From contig JAQYWO010000014.1 in NCBI GenBank assembly GCA_029379215.1, forward strand, positions 416 to 64,415: a stretch of 64,000 nt of DNA, given 5' to 3'. Position 1 is the first letter of the stretch. The number at the start of each line of letters is the position of its first letter. The notes under the pieces are model-generated. The model was not told the origin of the DNA. It saw only the letters and a program-made list of their open reading frames with translations, and ran no database searches. Below are positions 9,105-20,285 of the stretch, in pieces. Source of the DNA: Rhizonema sp. PD37. Lineage in GTDB: Bacteria; Cyanobacteriota; Cyanobacteriia; Cyanobacteriales; Nostocaceae. The translations under genes were made by a program, and so were the position numbers.

Positions 9105-9205
9105 GTAGTGGGGCGGGGTTTGAACCCGCGACCTCTCGTTCCAGCGATAACCCTCATTCTTCGGCCTTCTCAGGCAAGGGGTGAAAAAGGAAGAGTGTCC
9201 CACCA
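9105..9205 (-). ncRNA. tRNA-like RNA 2 (candidate Y RNA; no D arm)
   Basis: Acceptor-like TGGTGGG/CCCACTA (one G-U). T arm GCGGG-TTCAAAC-CCCGC. Shares the module CCCUUGCCUG-(GNRA)-AGGCCGAAGAAU.AGGGUUAUCGC with RNA 1. The D arm is replaced by the stem CTCTTCC/GGAA(C)GAG. Confidence 0.5.
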
Positions 9206-9311
9206 CATAATTTAGATTAATGTATTATTGGATACTCTATTACAGGAATTTTTCGTAATTTAGATAGTATTTTTGCATTTAAAAAAATCTCAGTAAAAAC
9301 GCTCATTTGGT

Positions 9312-9429
9312 ATAGCGGGGCAGGAATTGAACCTGCATCTCCGGCGAATCAAGGGGGGAGATCGTTAAAAGCGATAATCGGCCCTTCCTTTGCAAAATTA
9401 GCGCTCTAGCAATTGAGCTACCTGCCACA
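9312..9429 (-). ncRNA. tRNA-like RNA 3 (candidate Y RNA)
   Basis: D arm GCTC-AATTGCTA-GAGC. T arm GCAGG-TTCAATT-CCTGC. Imperfect acceptor (TGGCAGG/CCCGCTA). About 60-nt insert containing GCGATAAUCGGCC. The same 5' flank TTATGTGG occurs in all three units. Confidence 0.45.
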
Positions 9430-9783
9430 TAACAATTCAAAGTTCAAAGTTCGCTCGGCGAATCTACTACAAGTGAACTTGGTTTTGTAATATTAATGTA
9501 GTATACGGATTGCTCAATGTCAAGTGGTTGCAAAAATAAAATTAGCTGTGAGACAGATCGTTAAAATAGTCAGAATTTTTCCCACTGCGCCACTTGCCGG
9601 ACTCGGGGGGGATTTCCGCAAGGCAGTGGCGACCTTATTCACTACTATAGACACGCTTTGAGACAGACCCAGACTAAAATACTTTTGTCAGTTTGCCGGA
9701 AAAATTTTCGGCAAGAAAACAAATGATACAAACAAGTGTGCAAATTTTTGCCAAGATAATATTATTATTTTCCAACAAACCAC

Positions 9784-10524
9784 TTGGCAATTACCGCCAT
9801 GAGTGACAAACCAATAGAAAGTTACGGCAAAGGTTATCTCGTTCTACTTTTGCCAATCTCATTTTTGATTATTTTCCTAGTTGCTACCTGGCGAATGTGG
9901 CTAGCGTTCATCCTGCTGGTCCTAGCATTCAATATTTGGCAGCGTTATCAATGGCAACAGTGGAGTCTGCAAGTTAATCCGATTTTCCATAAATTGATTC
10001 AGGAAAACCAAGGCAGAATTACGTCTATGGACTTAGCACTTAAAGGCAATTTTTCTGGGGAAAAGGCAAAGCGCTTCCTAGATAGTAAAGCCAAGGAATT
10101 TGGTGCTAACGCCGTAGACTCGGAAGACCAAAGTAATGTGTATTACTTTATTACATCTAGTACATTGGGCAGTATACTTGACATTAGTGAGCCGCCCAAA
10201 GAGCTAATTTCTCAAACAGTTGCCAAAAAGACCTTACCATTTCTAGCACCACCGCCCCCTAAGCAGCAGCAAGAACTAGAAACTCAATTACCACCACCCA
10301 CTCAGGAGGAAGTCAAACGACCTTTAGAAAAACAGTTAATGTTTGGATCTCTGATTCAATCTGAACTGGCTAAGCGACTCAATGTTTATTCCAGTACTGT
10401 CTATAAACGGCGAGACGATCCGGAGTTTCCCGAATGGAGTCGCAACCGCGATCCGGATGGCATTGCCTGGAAATACTCACGAGAAATTAAGGAGTTTTTC
10501 CCTTTAGAAGAAAGCAAAAGTTAG
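9784..10524 (+). CDS. hypothetical membrane protein with a C-terminal HTH-like segment
   Basis: Two N-terminal hydrophobic helices. Pro/Gln-rich linker. C-terminal [25 protein letters not shown] resembles an excisionase/MerR-type HTH. Confidence 0.5.
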   Translation: MAITAMSDKPIESYGKGYLVLLLPISFLIIFLVATWRMWLAFILLVLAFNIWQRYQWQQWSLQVNPIFHKLIQENQGRITSMDLALKGNFSGEKAKRFLDSKAKEFGANAVDSEDQSNVYYFITSSTLGSILDISEPPKELISQTVAKKTLPFLAPPPPKQQQELETQLPPPTQEEVKRPLEKQLMFGSLIQSELAKRLNVYSSTVYKRRDDPEFPEWSRNRDPDGIAWKYSREIKEFFPLEESKS

Positions 10525-11666
10525 TGAATACTACTTTTTACTTTTAAACCCACAGCTTCGGAGATGGAGTTTAATCCGTTTTGTTTTAGCTTGGAAAGCA
10601 AACCTGCAAGAATTCGGCGTACCATTAGTGGACCTTCATAAATCCAGCCTGTATAAACCTGGACCAGACTTGCACCAGCAGTTATTTTTTCCCAGGCGTC
10701 TTCATCTGTAAAAATGCCACCAACGCCGATGATTGGCAATTGCCCTTGGGTTTGCTGCCAAATAAACCGAATAACCTCAGTGGAACGATCACTTAAGGGC
10801 GCACCACTTATACCACCTGCTTCTTCCCAGACAGATTTGCCAGTTTGGGAAATTATCTGAGTTTTCAGTCCATCACGGCGAATAGTGGTATTCGTGGCAA
10901 TAATTCCAGCCAATCGGTAGGTTTTGGCAAGGGAAATAATATCCGCGATCGCTTCCCATTCCAAATCCGGTGCTATCTTGACAAAAAGAGGTTTGTATGC
11001 AACGTTTTCCTGCTGCAACACATCCAAGATAGTACCTAGCATGGCAGCATCTTGGAGCGATCGCAATCCTGGGGTATTAGGGGAAGATACATTAACCACA
11101 AAATAGTCTCCGCAATCTTTCAGTAAGCGAAAACTATCGAGATAATCTTTTGCGGCTTCTTCTAAAGGTGTCACCTTAGATTTACCTAAATTTATACCTA
11201 TAGGTATCGACAAGCTGGACTCTTGCCTGATTTGTGCTAATCTTGTCGCCATGATCTGGGCACCACAATTGTTAAACCCCATACGATTCAGAGCAGCTTT
11301 GTCCAAAGGCAAGCGAAACAAGCGGGGAGGCGGATTTCCCGGCTGTGGATGAAAAGTCACAGTTCCCAATTCTGCAAAGCCAAAACCAAGACTTGACCAA
11401 ATGGGCGCGGCAACACCATCCTTATCAAAACCTGCTGCCAAACCCATAGGGTTAGGGAAGCGAAGTCCAAACAGATTTTGTTCCAGACGTGGATTACTGA
11501 GGCACAAGGATTGCTGTAGGCTTCTGTCAATCCAACTTACAGGAGGGCGATGGGAAGTTTTTCCCAATCGACTTAAATTGTTGATTGTCTGCTGGTGTAG
11601 CCACTCGGGATCTGTTTTTACCAGCGAGAACAAAAAGGGACGAACTAAAACTTGATAGATATCCAA
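10521..11666 (-). CDS. pyrD: dihydroorotate dehydrogenase (quinone), class 2
   Basis: 381 aa. Motifs [40 protein letters not shown] are typical of PyrD. Confidence 0.9.
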   Translation of the reverse strand: MDIYQVLVRPFLFSLVKTDPEWLHQQTINNLSRLGKTSHRPPVSWIDRSLQQSLCLSNPRLEQNLFGLRFPNPMGLAAGFDKDGVAAPIWSSLGFGFAELGTVTFHPQPGNPPPRLFRLPLDKAALNRMGFNNCGAQIMATRLAQIRQESSLSIPIGINLGKSKVTPLEEAAKDYLDSFRLLKDCGDYFVVNVSSPNTPGLRSLQDAAMLGTILDVLQQENVAYKPLFVKIAPDLEWEAIADIISLAKTYRLAGIIATNTTIRRDGLKTQIISQTGKSVWEEAGGISGAPLSDRSTEVIRFIWQQTQGQLPIIGVGGIFTDEDAWEKITAGASLVQVYTGWIYEGPLMVRRILAGLLSKLKQNGLNSISEAVGLKVKSSIH

Positions 11667-12045
11667 TTTAGCGACAATATTCCTTCTACGTTTGTGATGT
11701 ATTTATCAGGAATTACCAACTTTATTATAGGTAGAAGCTGTACTCAGATCTGATAATTGGTTGGTGAAGTCACATCATAACCAGTGCGATCGGTTTCGGA
11801 CAAAAGAGAGTGAAAATATAGGCTCAACTTAGATAAAAAACAAACGGTCACCTACATATAGGTGTGATTGTTATCGATACAGTTTTCCTGCTATAAGCTC
11901 TGAATGCTCCATAATTTTACTATCTGGTGAAATGGGGACAAACTCCATATTAAATTCCCTAAAAGAGTCATGCTTTTGTAACTTAGTGGTTATAATAGTT
12001 GTCCTACTCTCACTTTCTCGTTCCTCAAATCTCCACGGTATAAAT

Positions 12046-12210
12046 ATGGGACGTGCTCGTTCTAAATCTGACTTGCCTACAAAAATCTGTCCGGTATGTC
12101 AACGTCCCTTCACCTGGCGCAAGAAATGGGAAGATTGTTGGGATGATGTGAAATATTGCTCAGAACGTTGCCGACGGCGTCGTTCTGAAGCTAAAAATGA
12201 GACAAATTGA
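12046..12210 (+). CDS. DUF2256-type small zinc-binding protein
   Basis: [32 protein letters not shown]. Start moved to ATG 12046 (MGRARSK); the upstream part of the 92-aa ORF looks non-coding. Confidence 0.7.
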   Translation: MGRARSKSDLPTKICPVCQRPFTWRKKWEDCWDDVKYCSERCRRRRSEAKNETN

Positions 12211-12239
12211 ATAACCCCTAAAAAACATGCAAGGAAGAA

Positions 12240-13205
12240 ATGGATTTAAAGATTAAACCCAAATTAATTATTCATGGGGGAAGTGGTAATTCCCTCAAAA
12301 GTAAAGGGGGAGCGACTGTGGTGCGTCGCTCACTTTATCCAGTGGTGGAGGAAGTCTACTCTTTACTACTATCAGGTGTGAGTGCCGCATTGGCAGTCGT
12401 GCGGGGTTGTCAAATGTTAGAAGACGATCCGCGCTTTAATGCCGGTACTGGTTCGGTGCTGCAATCAGATGGTCAAATCCGCATGAGTGCCTCTCTTATG
12501 GATGGCACGTCCCAAAGTTTTAGCGGTGTCATTAATGTTTCGCGTGTAAAAAATCCTATCGACTTAGTAAACTTTTTACAAACCTCTCCAGACCGAGTCC
12601 TATCAGATTTTGGTGCGGCAGAACTCGCAAGAGAATTACAAACTCCCACTTATAACGGTTTAACTGATTTGCGGTTGCAAGAGTGGATACAGGAACGTCA
12701 GGATAATTTTAAGAGAGTAATGGCGAATGTGGTTGCAGAACAGGAAATGCTAGAAACCAACAATGCTCGACGCGGTACGATTGGCGTGGTAGCTTTAGAC
12801 ACGAATGGTAAACTCGCTGTGGGCACTTCCACAGGAGGTAAGGGGTTTGAACGGATTGGGCGCGTCAGTGATTCTGCTATGCCAGCCGGAAATTATGCTA
12901 CTCCTCATGCTGCTGTTAGTTGTACTGGTATTGGAGAAGACATTATAGATGAGTGCTTTGCGGCACGTGTTGTCGTACGTGTCACGGATGGTATGTCCCT
13001 CCTCGAGGCTATGCAACGCTCATTTGCAGAAGCAGACGAACACAAGCGGGATTTCGGCGCGATCGCTCTTGATGCAACTGGGGCGATCTCATGGGGAAAA
13101 ACTTGTGAAATTCTCCTTGCCGCATACCACGACGGCGAAAAGATTGGCGACACGTTGGAAATTCCTGTTGGTACAGAAGTCGGCTCAATCAGCACTCAGG
13201 ACTGA
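12240..13205 (+). CDS. isoaspartyl peptidase / plant-type L-asparaginase (Ntn hydrolase)
   Basis: Autoprocessing/nucleophile motif GTIGVVALD, plus FNAGTGS and GTSTGG blocks. Confidence 0.85.
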   Translation: MDLKIKPKLIIHGGSGNSLKSKGGATVVRRSLYPVVEEVYSLLLSGVSAALAVVRGCQMLEDDPRFNAGTGSVLQSDGQIRMSASLMDGTSQSFSGVINVSRVKNPIDLVNFLQTSPDRVLSDFGAAELARELQTPTYNGLTDLRLQEWIQERQDNFKRVMANVVAEQEMLETNNARRGTIGVVALDTNGKLAVGTSTGGKGFERIGRVSDSAMPAGNYATPHAAVSCTGIGEDIIDECFAARVVVRVTDGMSLLEAMQRSFAEADEHKRDFGAIALDATGAISWGKTCEILLAAYHDGEKIGDTLEIPVGTEVGSISTQD

Positions 13206-14565
13206 CTTGGCTCTCAGGACTTTTCTTGCGCCAACCTGGTTTCACGACTTGACGGGCACGGGCAATCACTAGACAATCATCTGAGACATTTTCTGTAACA
13301 GTAGAACCAGCTGCTACGTAAACATCATTTCCCAGAGTAAGCGGTGCAACTAGAACGCTATTAGAGCCAGTTTTAGTGCGATCACCGATGATTGTACGGT
13401 GTTTCTTCACACCGTCATAGTTGGCTGTAATCGTACCTGCGCCGATATTTACGTAATTTCCCGTAGTCGTATCACCTAAATAGGACAAATGAGCAACGTT
13501 GCTGCGATCGCCCAACTGAGTATTTTTTAATTCCACAAAATTACCCACACGACAACCGACACCCACTTCTACATGAGAGCGTAAATTGGCATAGGGACCA
13601 ATCCTAGTTCCTGCTTGCACATTGCTATCTGTTATGACAGAATACAGTACCGTAACATTTTCACCCAATTGGCTATTTTCAATCAAACTTCCCGGTCCAA
13701 TGTGACACCCAGTGTCAATAACTGTATGACCCCGCAGGTGAGTTTGGGGTTCGATAATAACATCCGGTTGTAATTGAACGGTATCGTCAATCGTGATGGA
13801 GGCGGGATCGATCAGAGTGACACCTGCCGCCATCCATTTTTCTTTGATTCGCTTTTGTAAAATCTCGTATGCTGTTGCGAGTTGCAGGCGATCATTGATT
13901 CCGATAATTTCCTGAGCATCCTCTAAATCGACAGCCATTACCGATTCCATTTGACTTACGGCATCAGTCAGATAATACTCTTTCTGAGCATTATCTGCTT
14001 GCAAGTGCGGCAGAATTTTCTCTAGCTCCTGCCAACGAAAGCAGTAAATTCCCGCATTAATCCGACAATTTTGTTTTTGTTCGGGAGTGCAATCTTTGTC
14101 TTCAACAATTTGTTGCACAATATTTTCACCGTTACAAAAGACACGCCCGTAGCCTTTAGGATTTGTCACATGTGCGGTTAGAATCGTAGCGGCTCTTTGG
14201 TGTTCTTGATGAGTTTGTAACAGTTGCCTCAAGCTTTCCGTGCGTAATAACGGTACATCCCCAGATAACACCAGTAAATCCCCAGTATAGCCTTCTAGGT
14301 GGGGAAGTAATTGTTGAATGGCATGACCTGTACCTAGTTGCACAGTCTGTTCAACAAATTCAAGGTTTAGTCTTGACTGCATAGCTGCTTTCACTTCCAC
14401 AGCCTGATACCCGACAATCACCATCTGTCTTGAAGGCGAAAGCGGTTTGACACTCTCTACAACTCGTTCAATTAGCGAGCGCCCACCCAAAGAATGTAAA
14501 ACCTTGGGTATATGTGATTTCATCCGTGTCCCACGTCCTGCCGCTAGAATTGCTACAACCACCAT
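13189..14565 (-). CDS. glmU: bifunctional UDP-N-acetylglucosamine pyrophosphorylase / glucosamine-1-phosphate N-acetyltransferase
   Basis: N-terminal [19 protein letters not shown]-terminal left-handed beta-helix hexapeptide repeats. 458 aa. The 3' end overlaps the convergent peptidase gene by 17 nt. Confidence 0.92.
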   Translation of the reverse strand: MVVVAILAAGRGTRMKSHIPKVLHSLGGRSLIERVVESVKPLSPSRQMVIVGYQAVEVKAAMQSRLNLEFVEQTVQLGTGHAIQQLLPHLEGYTGDLLVLSGDVPLLRTESLRQLLQTHQEHQRAATILTAHVTNPKGYGRVFCNGENIVQQIVEDKDCTPEQKQNCRINAGIYCFRWQELEKILPHLQADNAQKEYYLTDAVSQMESVMAVDLEDAQEIIGINDRLQLATAYEILQKRIKEKWMAAGVTLIDPASITIDDTVQLQPDVIIEPQTHLRGHTVIDTGCHIGPGSLIENSQLGENVTVLYSVITDSNVQAGTRIGPYANLRSHVEVGVGCRVGNFVELKNTQLGDRSNVAHLSYLGDTTTGNYVNIGAGTITANYDGVKKHRTIIGDRTKTGSNSVLVAPLTLGNDVYVAAGSTVTENVSDDCLVIARARQVVKPGWRKKSPESQVSPEC

Positions 14566-14698
14566 ATTTAGCTATTAGCTATTACGCGCTTTAAGTATAG
14601 GCTCATTAATGATACCAGTTAAGAGGATAATCGGTAATGGGGAGACAGGACTTACGAGTCAGAAGTTATTATTCTCTCCTGCTCGTGGGCTCTTGTTA

Positions 14699-15934
14699 TT
14701 AGAGTTTTCGCCACTCATTGCTAGAATTAACAAAGTCTGTAAACTGTTGCATGAGCTTAGGATTGCGCCAGCCATTAAGTGTTTCTTCTGCCATAATGGA
14801 AAGTGCTTTTTCATTTGTAAAAGCTTTTTTGTAAGGTCGTTCGCTTGTCAGAGCGTCGAAAATGTCAACCATTTGAAACACTTGCGCCAAGTAGGGAATA
14901 TTATCGCCTATCAGTCCATCAGGGTAGCCTGAGCCGTCCCAACGTTCGTGATGATGGCGGATGATGGGAATGACTCCCCGCATACTACGCAGTGGTTGGC
15001 AAATTTTTTCTCCAATAACAACGTGCTGTTTCATGATGTCCCACTCTTCGTTTGTCAGTTTGCCGCACTTGAGCAGTACCGCATCGGGAATACCTACTTT
15101 ACCGATGTCATGAAGATAACCACCCCACATCAAATCTCGAATTTGGGTACGAGATAAATTGAGGTGTTCGCCAAAAGCTTTGCCAAATGTTACTAAGCGT
15201 TCACAATGATCGCCAGTATTAGGATCGCGACTTTCAATCGCCTGAGCAATAGAGAATAGAACTTTTTCGGCATGATCTAAATCTTCATTTAAGCGCTTTT
15301 GTCGCACCAAGGACTTAACGCGCGCCGCCAATTCAACACGATCAAAGGGTTTAGAGATAAAATCATCTGCCCCGACTTCAATTCCCTGGATACGCGATCG
15401 CCTATCATTAAGAGCCGTAATAAAAATGACTGGGATAAGTCTTGTCTGCTCGTCTTGCTTAAGCAACTGGCATACCTCAAACCCATCCATTCCCGGCATC
15501 ATGACATCCAGCAAAATGAGATCTGGGTGTTTCTGAGTAACTAGTTCCACTGCAGCATAACCGCTCTCTGCCTCAATGATTTCGTAGCCTTCCACTGCTA
15601 ACAGAGCAACAGCCGTCATGCGACTGGCAGCATGATCGTCAACTACTAAAACTTTTGGTGCCTCTGAATCAAAGCCATCCACTGTCGAATTTTCGGCTTG
15701 TGGTGTTTTTACCACTAATGAATTGCAATTGTCATTGATACTCTTACTCTTTAAAGACGAAGATTCGTCCTGCTCTATTGTTAAATCTTGTTGCGATAAA
15801 CCTATAGCGGAATCTTCTAGATTCGGCAATCTTAAACTCTGATTGATCTCAAGATTTTGAACTATATTTGCTGGGCTAGAACCACTAGCAACTTGTTTAA
15901 TCGATTGAGTATATTTGGATTTCCACTGCACCAC
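14699..15934 (-). CDS. response regulator with receiver + HD-GYP phosphodiesterase domain
   Basis: Receiver block VLVVDD...LILLDVMMPGMDG...KP. HD-GYP block GYLHDIGK...HHERWDGSGYPDGL. Confidence 0.88.
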   Translation of the reverse strand: MVQWKSKYTQSIKQVASGSSPANIVQNLEINQSLRLPNLEDSAIGLSQQDLTIEQDESSSLKSKSINDNCNSLVVKTPQAENSTVDGFDSEAPKVLVVDDHAASRMTAVALLAVEGYEIIEAESGYAAVELVTQKHPDLILLDVMMPGMDGFEVCQLLKQDEQTRLIPVIFITALNDRRSRIQGIEVGADDFISKPFDRVELAARVKSLVRQKRLNEDLDHAEKVLFSIAQAIESRDPNTGDHCERLVTFGKAFGEHLNLSRTQIRDLMWGGYLHDIGKVGIPDAVLLKCGKLTNEEWDIMKQHVVIGEKICQPLRSMRGVIPIIRHHHERWDGSGYPDGLIGDNIPYLAQVFQMVDIFDALTSERPYKKAFTNEKALSIMAEETLNGWRNPKLMQQFTDFVNSSNEWRKL

Positions 15935-16518
15935 AAGGGTACTCCAATTTTAATAAGTTTGTTGACTGTGTTTTGTTTCAAAAGAATTCTTCGTTGATAT
16001 TCTTTTATTCAGAATTTACTTTATCTTGATATTTTGTACCATCATTCATAGTAAAAATTCTTTAATCATGTTGAAAACTTAATCAATGCCATTAACGATT
16101 AATTTCATTTGCTCCTATTACAGTATGAACAACTCTGATAAATCTTAAATCAGGTTTTTTACGTAATTTTTTTAACATAATAAGGATGTCTTGACACTTG
16201 ACAGTGTAATTTTAGATTAAAGTTCCGATTATAAGCTATATAAATACACTTCTTCCCATCCGATTCCTATTGATTATCAAACTACTCTCAGCCTAACTTA
16301 TCAGTGACAGACTACCTATACTTTTGTGATTCACATCACATAAGTTATTAACTCATGATTTCTTAAATAAAGCAATCTTATTGTAAAAAATATTACATTA
16401 ATTAATTCAGATAAAGAATTTAGTCAAAGTTGACAACCATCTGGTTGCTCAAGAAGCAGTAGGCACATAAAGAGGGTCAAAGAACAATAATTCAAGAGGA
16501 CTAAAAAAGCATTCTGCT

Positions 16519-17409
16519 TCAATTTTTAGATAGACAACGTTTTCGCCAACGAGAGGTAGGCTCTAACGAACAGACTTGCTGCTCTTGTCGTCGCCGTTCG
16601 AGTATGACATCAGCAGGATCGTTCAATCCTGGATCGCGATAGGGAACAGCAGCACGAGTTAGCAAATGTTCTTTTTCCGTTTCTGAGAGACTAAAGGTTG
16701 TACACTCATTTTCTTCTCCTCTTGTTATATGGGCTGCAACTGTACCAGGTGTTCGTCTTCCTACAGGTGGTGTAGAACCTATTTGTAACCCAGCTGCTAA
16801 AAGTGCTGTGCGTACAGCAGCAGCACAGGAATAAGTCGCGAGGAAACCATACTCGTGTAAACACAGAGAAAGTTGCTGAATGAATTCAACAGTCCATAAG
16901 GGAGGACACTGAGGTGGTGAGAAAGGATCGAGAAAAATTGCGTGAGCTTGGAAACTAGAGTGACGTAGTAATTGAATTGAATTTCTAGCATCGCCAATGA
17001 ATAGTTTCGCCTTCAGTCTATCTGTTTGGACTTCGCGATCAAAAGCTAGCTGTGTCAAAATTTGAATAGATTCGCAACTCCATTCGTCGAATAAGTTATG
17101 AGCGATCGCTGCTTGTGGTACAGCTGCATTCAGTTCTAAACCAATAACTTCGACATAACAGTTGGGATTAACTGTCCAAATTGTCTGCAACGCAGCAGCA
17201 GTGTTGTATCCTAGTCCATAACAAACATCTAACAACCGCAACAGTGGTCTGTTGGCTTGCTGTGCTAGTTGAGTTGGAAGCACAAACTTGAGAAAACTCT
17301 CTTGCCGTGCCCCATAATGGCTGTGAAATGACTCACCAAACTCTTTGGAAAAAAAGGTAAAGGAGCCATCTGCTGTTGCTTGCGGTACAAAAGTCTCTGA
17401 GTCCAACAT
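16519..17409 (-). CDS. MnmC/MnmD-like SAM-dependent tRNA methyltransferase (DUF752 type)
   Basis: SFHSHYGA..ES..F... and LLDVCYGLGYNTAAAL ... FLDPFSP motifs are typical of the methyltransferase half of MnmC. Confidence 0.7.
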   Translation of the reverse strand: MLDSETFVPQATADGSFTFFSKEFGESFHSHYGARQESFLKFVLPTQLAQQANRPLLRLLDVCYGLGYNTAAALQTIWTVNPNCYVEVIGLELNAAVPQAAIAHNLFDEWSCESIQILTQLAFDREVQTDRLKAKLFIGDARNSIQLLRHSSFQAHAIFLDPFSPPQCPPLWTVEFIQQLSLCLHEYGFLATYSCAAAVRTALLAAGLQIGSTPPVGRRTPGTVAAHITRGEENECTTFSLSETEKEHLLTRAAVPYRDPGLNDPADVILERRRQEQQVCSLEPTSRWRKRCLSKN

Positions 17410-17489
17410 TGTGTCAATAAAATAAAAGATAATGTGTAATGAAAATCATAAGTGCTAGAAGAATTTGATAATTTCTAATCCATATTTTT

Positions 17490-18314
17490 TTGACTTTTAT
17501 GACTAATACTTCTTTGATTGTTTCTGCAGAATGGCTATTTGAACATCTTAACGCTCCGCAAGTCGTTATAGTGGATTGTCGCTTTTCTCTTGGCGAACCA
17601 CAATTGGGACAACAGCAGTACCAAGCGAGTCATATCAATGGAGCTTATTATCTAGACTTAAACCAGGATCTTTCGAGTCCTGTGGAAGAACACGGAGGCA
17701 GACATCCTTTACCCAACCCGACTAAATTGGCCCAAATATTATCAACAATTGGGGTAAATTCTCAAACAATCGTTGTCGCTTACGATGATTCCCGTTTCGC
17801 CTTTGCCTCTCGTCTGTGGTGGCTATTACGCTATCTTGGACACAAGCAAGTAGTAGTTTTAAATGGAGGCTTCGCTGGATGGCAAAAAGCTGGGTATCCT
17901 GTCACGGATGTTATTCCCGAACCGAGAATCGCTTCCTTCACTCCCCAAGTACAAACACAGATGGTTGTCGATAGAGAGACAGTGAAAACTCGCAAAGATA
18001 GTCCAAAGGTCGTTTTAGTGGATTCACGAGAGAGCGATCGTTACTTAGGATTGAGGGAGCCAATTGATAAAATTGCCGGTCATATTCCCAGTGCATTGAA
18101 CTATCCTTGGCTTGAAGTTACAGATACTACAGGCTACCTACTTCCCATTCAAGAGCAACGTCGCCGTTGGGAGCAGCTTGAACTTGCAGAAGAAATTTTT
18201 GTTTATTGTGGTTCTGGTGTGACTGCTTGTGTAAACTTATTATCTTTAGAACTGGCTGGAATTCAGACGGGTAAACTTTATGCTGGTAGTTGGAGTGATT
18301 GGATTAGTTATTAA
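17490..18314 (+). CDS. thiosulfate/3-mercaptopyruvate sulfurtransferase (tandem rhodanese)
   Basis: Two rhodanese repeats. Active-site loop YCGSGVTAC. C-terminal YAGSWSDW. Confidence 0.85.
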   Translation: MTFMTNTSLIVSAEWLFEHLNAPQVVIVDCRFSLGEPQLGQQQYQASHINGAYYLDLNQDLSSPVEEHGGRHPLPNPTKLAQILSTIGVNSQTIVVAYDDSRFAFASRLWWLLRYLGHKQVVVLNGGFAGWQKAGYPVTDVIPEPRIASFTPQVQTQMVVDRETVKTRKDSPKVVLVDSRESDRYLGLREPIDKIAGHIPSALNYPWLEVTDTTGYLLPIQEQRRRWEQLELAEEIFVYCGSGVTACVNLLSLELAGIQTGKLYAGSWSDWISY

Positions 18315-18458
18315 TTCGTTGTTGGTTGTTTACTACTAAATACTGACTTCCGATAAAAATAAATCGCGACTCTGTCGAACGAGAACGAGAGTTGCAGTTG
18401 CGCTCGTTGGTTTAAGGTTTCACACATACGTTTTTGAGATTTACGGATGGTAGTTGCC

Positions 18459-19796
18459 TCAAAACCTTCCCAATTGCAAAACGTAATTAAGCGTGAAAAA
18501 CCAGCCATCAAAATTAATATTACGATCAGTAGAATTACCTAAACTGACACCACCTTGCAAACTTACGTTACTATAGTCAGAAATTCCGTAAGTCAAGTGA
18601 CCAAAGATCTGATGATATTGATCTTCTCTTCGGCGTTGGGTGAAGTTTGATAAGCCAAACTGGTAGTCAAGACCTACTTGCAGTGGTTTTTGCAATTCGT
18701 AGTTCAAAGAAAGCCATAAGGTATTAATGACCCGATTGCGGCTGTCTATACCACTAGGGGGGTCAGTAAAACTCAGACGCAATTCATAGAAGCTATTCAA
18801 CGATAACTTGGAAGTGAATGGATCTTTTCGTCCTAAAGAGAGGCGGAAAGAATTCTCATTTAAAAAGCGATCGCCAGAGTGGTAATTATTAGAGTTACTA
18901 CGTTGGTAGAACAACTGTTGATTCGTCCAGCCGATATCTCCATACATTCGTGATGTTAACTGCTGATAAATATCAAGGTTAAATCTGAGTTGATTGTAAT
19001 CATATTGTGATTGATTATTGTAATAAACCTGGTTGGCATCAATCGAGCCAATCAAATAAGTCTTGGAATTTAAGGGTAATGGTGCAGAGGCTAAGGTCAA
19101 ACCAGCAAGAATTAAGCCGTCTTCTCTTGAAGGAACTGAAGAAAAAATGTTATTTGTCCGAAAGTAGCCAACACGACCTAGTAAGTAACCAATAGGTTTC
19201 GCTTTAGATTTAGCTATGGGTGGTTTGGCTGGAGGCACTGGTATTTGGTTGAGTGGGAGAGGTTCTAAAACAAAGTCGCCCAGTTCACTATTGCTATTTG
19301 ACTCTGAGGAAGGTTGTTTTTTCTCTTGGAGTAACTTTTGCAACCTTTCTAATCTTTGTGTATAATTTAGGTTAAGTGGATTTAAGCGTTGCTCGACTTC
19401 TGTTGGAGAAGGTTTGGGAAAATCATTGATTGGTCCTTCTAGTGGTGGTGGATCGTTACGCTGTGGATTGCTATTTTGTGCTTGATTGGTTTGGTTGGGA
19501 GGAGGTAGTATTTGCGAGTATAAACTAGGCTGTAATGAGGTTGCGTATAAAATTATTTCCGTATCTTTAGTTATAGAAAGTATATTCTGCTTTTTTTGTG
19601 GTCCAAGCTTTTGGAATGACTGATCAGTTATGTGCGCGATTACCGGATATGTTATTATTGGAACGAATTCATCTTTACGACTCCATCGGTTTGGATTTTG
19701 AGCCCACGCTGCATCTACCCTAGTGCAACATAAGTTGTTACTACTAAAGGCTAACAAAATCCAGCACCATATATTTTTCCAACCATTAGGTTGCAT
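18459..19796 (-). CDS. hypothetical secreted/outer-membrane protein (Pro-rich linker + predicted beta-barrel)
   Basis: Signal-like MQPNGWKNIWCWILLAFSS. Alternating-pattern C-terminal part ending in aromatic ...LQLGRF. Start moved to the second Met. Confidence 0.5.
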   Translation of the reverse strand: MQPNGWKNIWCWILLAFSSNNLCCTRVDAAWAQNPNRWSRKDEFVPIITYPVIAHITDQSFQKLGPQKKQNILSITKDTEIILYATSLQPSLYSQILPPPNQTNQAQNSNPQRNDPPPLEGPINDFPKPSPTEVEQRLNPLNLNYTQRLERLQKLLQEKKQPSSESNSNSELGDFVLEPLPLNQIPVPPAKPPIAKSKAKPIGYLLGRVGYFRTNNIFSSVPSREDGLILAGLTLASAPLPLNSKTYLIGSIDANQVYYNNQSQYDYNQLRFNLDIYQQLTSRMYGDIGWTNQQLFYQRSNSNNYHSGDRFLNENSFRLSLGRKDPFTSKLSLNSFYELRLSFTDPPSGIDSRNRVINTLWLSLNYELQKPLQVGLDYQFGLSNFTQRRREDQYHQIFGHLTYGISDYSNVSLQGGVSLGNSTDRNINFDGWFFTLNYVLQLGRF

Positions 19797-20285
19797 TTTC
19801 GACCTCTTTTGGCAAAAGTAGACCAATCAGCTGTATGTTCAGTTCCAGTAGGAATCTTCAATTTCTCTGCGGATTTAACCACATTAAGGAGTATTTGTGC
19901 TTAATGAAATTGAATTATAAAATTCCTATTATGTCATAAAACAACGGCAAAAATAATAATGCAAATTTAGAAAAAGTAAGGGTAGTAATATTTTGGATAT
20001 ATCTATAAAGTTTGGGGGAGATTATATGAGGAAGAGTCAGAATGACTGCCTCCTTTAAGTTAGAGGTGTTCAGAAGAAAAAAAATCCTTTATTTTCGTAA
20101 TTAACATTGTAGGTATTGAACTACTATTAATCAGTCACCCTGAATCATACTCAATGGTTTACTTTTTTTAACTCATAAATTGTTATATGAATAAATTTCA
20201 AAAAAAAATAATTATGTCAAACTTTTAACGTCAAAACTAGTCTTCAAACAATGTGGTTTAGTGAAATTAACTGAGGAGTGAAACT

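Noticed and set aside
8835-9429. Three tRNA-like units considered as ordinary tRNA genes (or intron-containing tRNAs)
   Set aside because: None has a 5-bp anticodon stem with a 7-nt loop. The anticodon-arm position holds 60-70 nt with no group I intron features, and one unit lacks a D arm. They were kept as tRNA-like ncRNAs instead.
18311-18511. 66-aa ORF between the rhodanese gene and the beta-barrel gene
   Set aside because: It overlaps the 3' end of the 18459-19796 gene out of frame and has no supporting features.
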